Source of the DNA: Basidiobolus meristosporus CBS 931.73
Taxonomy: Eukaryota > Fungi > Basidiobolomycota
Assembly: GCA_002104905.1 (NCBI GenBank)
Contig: MCFE01000829.1
Coordinates: forward strand, 1 to 32,834
Direction of reading: 5' to 3'
Length of the DNA stretch: 32,834 nt
Position numbers and translations under genes: made by a program. Each line of letters opens with the position of its first letter. Within the stretch, counting starts at the first letter, position 1. Below are positions 9,840 to 19,100 of this stretch, piece by piece. The notes under the pieces are model-generated. The model was given only the letters and a program-made list of their open reading frames with translations. It was not told the origin of the DNA and made no database searches.

Positions 9840-11290
9840 GATAACAATGATGGCTATGATAGATAAGTAAACTTACTTTGGCGCCTGATGGTAAGATGGA
9901 GCATCTATCACATCAAGCTGGCAGCATTCCACTTGCCAAGTTATTACCTACTGATACTTACATAGACGATCATAAGGTTTATTGTAGTCATACTCAAAAT
10001 ATTATTACCTCTTCAGTATTCTCCACAGCAGTGCAGTGGCCTCAGCACTTGCTGTTATGAACAGTTTCCTTCACAGGTATGGCTAAAGTCTCAATATACT
10101 GGGACATTGGCATGCTTTGTACGGTGCTCCAGCTGTCTTTCAGAGAGGCTCCTACTGTTTAGCTGATTACAGCACACTAGCATAAATAGGCCATGCTTAA
10201 TCATTATTTCTTGTCAATAATTGCCTTCTGCAGAAAGCCAAATACCAACACATGACTTGCTTTGTACTCCCTCTGCAGGTAGCTACCAGATATACAGCTG
10301 TACTGCATAGGACTCTGCTTCATATAGTAATTTGGTGTTATTTTGAACACTGATAAGCAAGAGTAGGAACTCTCTATTGCTCTAAAGCTACTGGTAAAAC
10401 ATACGCTCAGTAAACTTGTTCTAGGCGGCATTCCTACTCATGTTTTTGCAATAAATAATCTTATAGCATATAGAATGGTGCTGATAGCTCCTTGATCCAT
10501 ACTGTTGGCTATTGGAGTTAGCCTGCAGTAGGGATTTTGAACTTACATCGACTCCTTGGTGAGCAGTTCTTTATGTAATTGATGATTGAAAGTTGCTTAC
10601 AGGCTGCCCAGGTGTAATAGGCCTCTGCTTTCATCATTTTAGACACTTCTAAATCAGTGTTGTACTATCAAGTACCCTATATTCTCCACAATATCCCAAT
10701 ATTTGAAGATATTTGCAACAGATACTGTACAACTAAGAATGAAAATGGAATACTTGAGGCAATCAATGGTTGTCATTTAGTAATAATGATCGCAGCTAGT
10801 TCTCAGTGCTTGAACCGCAGCCCCTTCCAATATCAGCTAGCATGAACTTACAACAAGCTATATGCACTGAGAATATATGAGATAAGTACACTAATTTTTA
10901 TATTATCGCAGCCTAACTTGGAGCTTACTAATTCCGCTTACCATACACCGACCAAGTATATACTCCAGGATTTACTGCGGCAGGTTAACTGTATGTGTAA
11001 CCGACTGGGAATAAATGCTGGAGTTGGCTCAAGAGATGTCATCAATCATGCCATTCTTCAGTAAATATGAAGATACAAAGGAATCTATGGCATCAACAGA
11101 AAGGAATAATGACGCTACAGTGACAGGATACATTGGTACATGGAGATGACTGCAACTGGAAGTTCACACAATCAATATTAGCATATGGTTAATATGGAGG
11201 TGGCTAACCTGTAACATATCTGCTAAACAAATGATCTTTTTAAGCTTTTTGTTGTGTATTGCGTGTTTGATTGAATGAAGAGCCACTAAA
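9840..11290. repeat. CpG-poor spacer duplicated at ~13560-14620
   Basis: Shared blocks such as CCTTCACAGGTATGGCT.AAGTCTCAATATACTG and ACACATGACTTGCTTTGTA. No intact ORF. Confidence 0.75.
11075..11165 (+). pseudogene. Ancient GY relic (type E) upstream of B1
   Basis: GGAATCTATGGG...GACGCTAC...CATGGAGATGACTGCAACTGG, homologous to 14490-14585. Confidence 0.4.
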
Positions 11291-11422
11291 CAGCTTCTAT
11301 TGAACAGCCAAATGGATCACCCGCAGCGCTTCCCACTGAAGGCAGAGGTAAAGTTGAGTGTCTTTAATGCTGTGCGGGTATATATACTCATAATCAGCTC
11401 AAGTGCTTCATTCAGATTCACA

Positions 11423-11842
11423 ATGTACAAGCACTTCTCCGTCACCTTTGCTCTCCTAATTGCCTCATATGCGGTGGCAACCCCTGTGCAGACAGAAGCA
11501 ACCAATGTAGCAAGTGCTTCCATCTCCATCCGGGACCCACAAAGCGGCAAAATGATAACACAATTCCAGTCCACAAAAGACGAAGATGCTCGCGCCATTC
11601 TTGACGACATATTCGGCCAAATGTCAAGCGGTGGGTTGGCAGATGAACAAGCGTCTCCTACAAGTGAAGACACTGACTCAGAAGAGGCCGAGCTTTGGGG
11701 TAGATATGGTGGCTATGGAAGATGGGGAAGCAGATACAGGGGACGAGGACGTTACGGTCGCTATGGTGGCTACGGAGGCCGATGGGGATATGGGCGCTAC
11801 GGGGGATATGGTGGCTATGGTGGATGCGACTGGGGTTGCTAA
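11423..11842 (+). CDS. GY-family copy B1, 139-aa prepropeptide
   Basis: ATG at 11423 in TTCACAATG context with TATATATA at 11379. Signal peptide MYKHFSVTFALLIASYAVA, acidic tract, 48-aa GY peptide ending CDWGC. Confidence 0.92.
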   Translation: MYKHFSVTFALLIASYAVATPVQTEATNVASASISIRDPQSGKMITQFQSTKDEDARAILDDIFGQMSSGGLADEQASPTSEDTDSEEAELWGRYGGYGRWGSRYRGRGRYGRYGGYGGRWGYGRYGGYGGYGGCDWGC

Positions 11843-12021
11843 TGCACTACATCCTTACGTTTAATAAACATCATAATGACAATGCTCATCGTAATTAATC
11901 AGTGATGTTTACCAAGCTGCAGCATGGAGAGAAAGTCGGATATGTGTATGGATAAGGTGGATGTCTAGGCAAAGATAAGTCTTATTGCAGTTTGGCTGTC
12001 AATTATCTTCATAAATGGTGC

Positions 12022-12089
12022 CAATCTTTACCTTTAAATGCGGTCAATTTTTACCTTCAATGCTGTCAATTTTTACCTTTTAATGGTGT
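12022..12089. repeat. ~22-bp tandem repeat x3 (CAATTTTTACCTT..AATG..GT)
   Basis: Read directly; lies between B1 and A5. Confidence 0.7.
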
Positions 12090-12306
12090 ACTGTTAGTAG
12101 TCATTTTTTTTCGCATGATAACACTACTCTAGAAGCTCTTATTGTATCTTCCTAATGCCTGTAGAATAGATGCAAAATATAATATATCGTTCGTCCGAAA
12201 CCCATCGATTCCGCGAAGCTTCCTAGATGCGATATCAATCAACCTCGATCTTGTATCTGTATATAAAGGCTGGTGCTGAGCTTTATTGGAGTATTCAACA
12301 TTCACA

Positions 12307-12756
12307 ATGTACAAACAACTTACCGCAGCCTGTGCTCTACTAATGGTCGTTAGTGCCTTTGGAAGTCCCGTAGATGTGTCAAGCACAAATGTAGCGAGCG
12401 CATCCATCTCCGATAAGAACCCGCAAAGCGGTCAAATGGTGAAGAAGTTCTCGTCCAACAGGGAAGAGGATGCGCAGAATATTCGACACTACATCGATGG
12501 CATTCTCGGCCAGATGTCGAGGAATACGTTTGATCAGACCCTCTCGGATAAGCAAGAAGCCGACCAAGGAGTCGAGGAAGAGGAGGGCAATCCTGAAGAG
12601 GCCCAGCTATGGGGGAGATACGGTGGATATGGGCGGCGGAGGGGCAGATACTGGGGACGAGGAGGTTACGGTCGCTACGGTGGTTATGGAGGTCGGTGGG
12701 GATATGGACGCTACGGGGGATATGGAGGGTATGGTGGATGCGACTGGGGTTGCTAA
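12307..12756 (+). CDS. GY-family copy A5, 149-aa prepropeptide
   Basis: Intact from the ATG at 12307. One R>G change in the mature part. Confidence 0.93.
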   Translation: MYKQLTAACALLMVVSAFGSPVDVSSTNVASASISDKNPQSGQMVKKFSSNREEDAQNIRHYIDGILGQMSRNTFDQTLSDKQEADQGVEEEEGNPEEAQLWGRYGGYGRRRGRYWGRGGYGRYGGYGGRWGYGRYGGYGGYGGCDWGC

Positions 12757-12881
12757 ATAATAACAATCAAGGTTTTCATTCACTCCAACAACATAGCTTG
12801 TCTGTGTGCTTGAATAAAGTACCGTTGCATTTTATCTATTGATAGTGAATGGCCATGTGATTATGACTCTTATTGAGAATG

Positions 12882-13139
12882 CTAGTTAGCAGAGACTCTC
12901 ACTGCTCCAACGGTCACTTCTTTTCCGTAGTTTCGAGGTAATCGCAGCAAACCTGGTCCTTTTCCTGTTGCAATCTTGCACAGAAAGGTACAGGATTGCT
13001 TTGGCGGAGGTGCCGGGTGGTCCGGGAGTTATGCTTACAATATCCAATGGCCCGGCACTCACGTGTTGCCATGAGCCAAGGTTGATACGCAGGTTGGCAG
13101 TACCATGTTTAAGGAGGAGAGAACGGTATTGAGTCGTAT
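12882..13139 (-). pseudogene. D-family copy D5
   Basis: ATG mutated to ATA, the same frameshift junction (...AHGNT*), and internal deletions. Confidence 0.7.
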
Positions 13140-14489
13140 TGTGAGTACTTCACCGTTGAATTGAATATTAAAGAAGATTGTGTAGAGCCATAAGGGGATA
13201 AGCAGAGTTACTAAGATAATGAAGGGGAACAATATACAACTTTATCGTGTGTATGACTTGTTATAGTGTGTGTGGCTTGGGTTTCGATACGTAAACAAAT
13301 GGCATAGTTGCTTTGATTGAATGCATGCATATAATCGTAGAGTGAAATAACTCATTGAAATCTCTATAGTCTTACCGTTGGGCATATAACTGATAGTGGT
13401 GGTGAAAGATGATGCCCCGTTGATGCCCCGTTGATGCCCCGTTGATGCGTAGATAAGCCTTTCATACGAGGATTCTGATTCAAAAACGTCTGCCTCAAAC
13501 ACGGATTTTGACCAAGACAAGACCGTGTGACCATCTGAGCTTTGTGGAGTGTATCTAACCATGACGGCTATGGTAGATAAATACACTCATGATGAAGTAT
13601 TTATCACATCAAGCTACTAGTCAAGTTATTACTTACACTCTGATCACTGACTGACACTTACACCATCATATCTCTGGTGTATAGAAGATCATAAGGTTTC
13701 AAAGAACCATTATCTTTTCAGCATTCTCAGCAGAAATACTCACTTACTGCTATTCCCAGCTCTTCCTTCACAGGTATGGCTGAAGTCTCAATATACTGAG
13801 AGATTGGCAGGCTTTGTACAGTACTCCAGCAGTCTTTCGGAGATGCTTTCACTATTCAGCTCACTAAGCATAAACATGACATCAGCCAAGCAACAAGCAT
13901 TATTTCTTGGTACTCATAGCAAATTCCAACACATGACTTGCTTTGTATTCCCACTTCAGGTAGCTATAGGATATACATAAGACTCTGCTTCATACAGTAT
14001 GTTGGTGCTCTCTTGACTATTGCTAAGTGAATATATGCTCTACTGGCAAAACATAAACTCGGTAAACTTATTCCTGTCCTCACAATAGATACCTTTGTAG
14101 CATAAAGCATGTTGGTGGACTTTTTGGTATATGTTTTCTACAATATTTGAACACGCTTGCTACAACTCATTGGAGATATTCACAAATGAGACTATACAAC
14201 TAAAAATGATCACTTGATGCAATAAATGGACGTTGTTTGATAAGAATCCTTCAATGCTTGAACCAGCCCATACAAATATCAAACAAACTATATGCACTAC
14301 AAGGGAATATATCATATAAGTACAGAAGTACAATAATCTTTATATTTCGTATACCACCGTTCAGCTGAGCTATACACTGACTCCATATATACTTCAGGGC
14401 GTGCTGTGGCATGAATAACCGGCTAGGAATAAATAAAGGAGTTGGATGTAACTAGATAGGTTTATCAAGCTCCATCATCATTCCATTCC

Positions 14490-14585
14490 TGAAGATGTGG
14501 AGGGAGTTATGGCAGCAACGGAAGGAGATTAGGACGCTACGTTTCTGGGGCACATTGGGACATGGAGATGGCTGCAACTGGAGTC
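14490..14585 (+). pseudogene. Ancient GY relic (type E) upstream of B2
   Basis: Contains ELW, GGACGCTAC and GHGDGCNWS, which resembles GYGGCDWGC. Confidence 0.45.
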
Positions 14586-14671
14586 AAAATTTGGTCCGCA
14601 CAATCAACAGCGGTATCCTCAATATGTGGCTAATATGTACAATCCGCTCAACTCCTTCATTCAGATTCAAA

Positions 14672-15078
14672 ATGCACCATCACTTCTTCATCACCATTAC
14701 TCTCTTAATCGCTTCGTATGCAGTAGCGATTCCTGTGCAGCCAGAAGTGACCAATATAGCAAGTGCTTCCATCTCCATCCGGGGCCCACAAAGCGGCAAA
14801 ATGATAACACAATTTCAATCCACAAAAGACGAGGATACTCGCGCCATTCTTGACGACATATTCGGCCAAATGTCAGGCGGTGGGTTGGCAAAAGAACAAG
14901 TGAAGACACTGACTCTGAAGAGGCCGAGCTTTGGGGTAGATATGGTGGCTATGGAATACAGGGGAGTAGATACTGGGGGCGAGGACGTTACGGTCGTTAT
15001 GGTGCTTACGGAGGTCGTTGGGGATATGGTGGCTACGGAGGCTATGGAGGCTACGGTGGATGCGACTGGGGTTGCTAA
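14672..15078 (+). pseudogene. GY copy B2, frameshifted
   Basis: A 13-nt deletion between two ACAAG repeats (versus B1) shifts the frame before the acidic tract. The GY peptide is intact in another frame and ends CDWGC* at 15078. Confidence 0.85.
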
Positions 15079-15215
15079 TTCACCACATCCTTACCTTAAA
15101 TAAACATCACATTGTCAATGTTTCATGCTCAACTTCATACTTTCAATAGGCAACGCCCCATACTAAGCCTCATTGTAATTAACAGAAGCCACTCGGTGAT
15201 GTTTGTATAGTTCAT

Positions 15216-15268
15216 CAAGCTGCGGTTTTCATAGTTCCTCAAGCTGCAGTTTTCATAGTTCCTCAAGC
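15216..15268. repeat. 24-bp tandem duplication CAAGCTGC.GTTTTCATAGTTCCT x2
   Basis: Read directly from the sequence. Confidence 0.85.
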
Positions 15269-15407
15269 ACAAAGCTAGAAGCTCTGATAGTTTCTTCCTA
15301 ATGCTTGTATCATAGATTCGATTGAAACCCATCAATTCTGCGAAGTGTCGTAGATGCAATGTCTATTAACCTGGTTTAGTATATAAATCGAGTGTTCAGC
15401 ATTCACA

Positions 15408-15611
15408 ATGTACAAGCAACTTACCGCAGCTGGTGCTCTACTAATGGTCGCCAGTGCCCTTGGAAGTCCCGTGGGTGCGTCAAGCACAAATCTCCGATAG
15501 AAGCCCACAAAGCGGCCTAGTGGTGAAGAAGTTCTTGTCCAACAGGGAAGAAGATGCGCAGAATATTCGACACTACATCGATGGTATTCTCAGCCAGATG
15601 TCAAGGAATAC
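15408..15611 (+). pseudogene. GY copy A6, 3'-truncated
   Basis: Carries the same 17-nt deletion as A3. Homology stops after ...CAAGGAATAC, so the GY peptide and the D copy are missing. Confidence 0.85.
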
Positions 15612-16199
15612 TCTTATAAAATAACTGGCCTATGCACATGAATAGATTTTTGCTACTTGGCGTATGTGTAGTGAGTGCAATATAACTCGATAGTATGCGT
15701 GGCTTGGGCCTCTAAACGTAATTTAATGCCGTAGTGATTCTTTCTTGTCTGAATGCATGCAGAGTTCGATCGACGAATGTGAGTAAAGAGTAACAATGAG
15801 CTGGAACGAATTGTTCTTTCTACTTTTGACAAAATCACACGCCGACTCTTATCGCCGTATCAAGTAACCTTCAATTAGGCACTTTATCTGTTTTCTTATG
15901 CTACTCTGTACAGATTACTATGGATAGCTTACTATGGATAGCATATATATAAACTTTATTCTTTGGTATTGCACATCCATAATATGGTCATATGGGCAAG
16001 GAGCTCTTATCCTTCATATTTATATATGTTGTTCTTATTATATTTATTATTGTTACCATCTTTGGAGTGTATCTATGCATGGTTGATTGATAGTTTTGAT
16101 TGTCAGAGTAAACGAGTATTGTAGTTGTGCATAATGCCTCATTTTTTTGCTCCATTGTATTAATCTGTTACTATTGTGCTAGCCGTCAACTTGCTGATA

Positions 16200-19100
16200 C
16201 TTTTAGCCATCAATCAGCAACTCTTGTTCAAATCAGTCATGTCTACTGATGCATTGGGGCTCCAGATTATATCAAAAAATTTGCCCCTTTAAAGACTAAG
16301 GTACCATGAAATCATCTAGTTCTGCTTTCAAAACTTTGTATAGGTAGTGTGCTACATGAATATAGATTAATGCTTCTTTTAAAGCAGTAAAGGTATTGTT
16401 TAGTCCTTCCCCAAAGTCACTGTGTAGATGTTGTAAAGACCAGAGTATTTCTGCTCTTCCTCTATGGCCAGTGAAGGCAGTATAGGTGCTGCTTGTGTTA
16501 CATGACTTCCAACTTGCTTGTACCTGTCAATTTGCTTGTTTTAAAGCCTTCTATATACTTGTGTTATTTTGCAGCCCTCTGAGTTGTCAGAGTTGATAAA
16601 TGTTGAATAAAGTACTTGAGTGAATACTTGTTCCACCATGATCAATCTGAAACTTGCACCTCTTCTGATAATGTGTTGGTATTTGACTTTTATTCCAAGG
16701 GTATTTATCTGTCACTCAACTGGTGCTTTCCTTCTTATTTCTATTCAGAAATATTCATGAAAGTTTTGTGCAACTTATTGTCAAATTGATGTGTCTGTTG
16801 TTTGGTCTAGCCTCCTGTTAGTGTCTATTCCTCTTGTCTGCTCAATAGCTAGGGCCAGAGATATTGATCTTTATTAGCTCCATTAAGCTCTGAGTTCAGT
16901 AAACATTACAATGGTATTTTGCTCATCTTTAACTACTTTTCTACTCAGCGTAAGTTAGCTGCTAGAGAAAGCTCAAAGAACTAAATTTAAAAGGACAAAG
17001 GGACTCTATGCTAGCTGATTGTTGAACAAAGGGTTACCAAGCCTGTGTGTAGAGACAACAATGATCCCCATTCAGCTGCTAAGCTGTGAGTTTGGCATAT
17101 ACAGACTGTCTATAAATCAATGTAATTAGAACTATGAAATACACATAAGTCACTCTAAGTGGTGGAAATATACATGTCTTCACAGTGCTCAGTTAATAGG
17201 TTGCACACTAACTTAATCAGTGTATGCAAGGCAGCCACAATGTAGTTGTAGCAAAGCATTTCTTAGTAAAGTCCTGCAAGGTGATGCTATTTCTGGTGAT
17301 CACTGGTACTAGACCAGCTGTTGTTGTATCCCTAAACCTGCACAAGTCCCCAATATCAGTTTCCTTAATTATTTAGTCTGCTTGTCCTTTAGAAATGCCC
17401 AAAAGGCATTACACTAATCTGAAGCAGTGCTACACTGCAATGCTATGAATGAGTAGGTGATGTATATCTGCTCTGCCTTACTATTGCTGCAATGGATGCT
17501 ACTATGATGCACCCTTGTAAATTTAACCTCATTGAAAATCTCAAAGTTGGAATAAATCTGATTTTCTGCTAGTACTCAGTTGGTATTCTGATGGGATTTG
17601 AAGGTATTCAGCTGTTATTTTTTCTTCAAGTTGTTGGTTGCAATTTTTGTTTGAAGTAGTAAGCAGCTGTTAACCAAACCTGGTATGAATGCCAGTTGGC
17701 CTATCCTCCTCATACAGAATATATGTGCTGGTCATTCCAACAGGTAGTGCCTGATATATAAAGAGGTGTATATATAGAACACCTGAATTGAGCCAACATT
17801 ATGGTGGTATTTTGCTGACCATCTCAAAGTCCTTTCTGTTTGGGAAGAGTGCTTTGGTGCATATGTTGGGGACACAGGAGTAGCAGCTGATATTACTAAT
17901 TCTAATATTTCTGAGCTTCACATATATATTTGCAATCTACTTTACTGCAGGTAGGTTGTAAACCTAGTATATCACATACTAGTTCACTTTACTGTATTCA
18001 ACAAACTAATTCCAGTTGGGAGACAGTAAGTCTATATTTGTAGGCAAATATAGGATCACATGTGTAGAGAAGCAGTGGGCCTTATCAGTGCTCTGATGAA
18101 TGGCAAACTGGCAATGCAGTACTTGAGCTCTACTTTTGAGTTGCATAGCTGCAATTGTTGCCTTAGACAAAACCAATGCATCTACATATTTCTATAGCTA
18201 CTTCCTCAGAATTGCCAATGTTACTTGCTTAATCTCCTATTGAATCCTTGGTACTGATGGATATAGTCCTTGTGTGCTCAGTTAAACTGGTAATTGACTC
18301 TATGGTTTAAGTTATGCTCAGGAGACTAATTTAGGAGCCAAGAGCATCTTATGCACTTCAATACAGCTATATAACTCTATGTATGCTTTGCATACTCAAG
18401 TGACAGTATTTTTTTGTGGTACTCTCAGCTTTAATTCATTGGTTGGCTGTCATGTCATCTTCTATACTATAATACCAATGATACTGATGAGTTATTTGGC
18501 AATTGTAGATCACTAGAGCTACATGCTTGATACTGGGCAGTGAGCTACCATGAATGAGACAAAAGTGGGCTCAAAAAAGGTGACCAGGCACATATTGATC
18601 ACATCTAAATATAGCTACGGCTAAAAAATGGTGTGGAGCAATTCTGCAATTTACTGAAGCCCTCACCAATTGAATCAACAGTGGCCTGGAAATAGGTAAT
18701 CATCATGTACTGCACCAATGATGAGCATACTCAGTTCTGATAGCTCAATAGTAGTGGTTATACTAAGTGGTATATATTTTCATGAATGAAATATGTATAT
18801 TCAGGCAAAGCTAATGCATTAACAGACTGTGCAAATCTTTAAACACTTAAGATTCAAAATCCTTACCATTATAGTATCAGATAGCTTAAGCTACTTACAA
18901 GCTTTCATAGCTCATCAGAATGCAACATATATATTTGGTGTGTTTGGTTGTCAACTGGTGGTTATGCCATTGAGTTGCAAATGTTTTGTCAAGTTACTAA
19001 GTCAAGGTCAAACAAAGTCCAATGTAAGTCTGATATGCTGCTTTGCAGCACATTCCATCACTGCACAACATGATGTGGCACCCTTTGATACTTTGGGCAT

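Noticed and set aside
11300-11422. N-terminal extensions of ORFs 11300, 12286 and 14495
   Set aside because: They start at non-ATG or upstream codons, some upstream of the TATA box. Paralogue alignment places the true ATGs at 11423, 12307 and 14672.
843-12842. Recurrent overlapping ORFs (MRRIFDTTS..., MGEIRWIW..., antisense MDALATFVLD...)
   Set aside because: These are shadow frames of the GY genes. They recur only because the DNA is repeated, and they lack start context and signal peptides.
14672-15103. B2 as an intact 143-aa protein with a novel tail
   Set aside because: The tail is the shifted frame produced by a 13-nt deletion. The conserved peptide is out of frame.
693-15611. Kexin-processed repeat RiPP precursor (dikaritin/KEP type)
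   Set aside because: There are no repeated KR-flanked cores, the dibasic site is not conserved, and no DUF3328/UstYa-like or other tailoring gene is recognisable in the window.
693-15611. CRISPR-like or LTR-element reading of the long repeats
   Set aside because: The repeats are kilobase-scale gene duplications in a eukaryote. There is no spacer structure, TG..CA LTR ends, primer-binding site or pol motifs.
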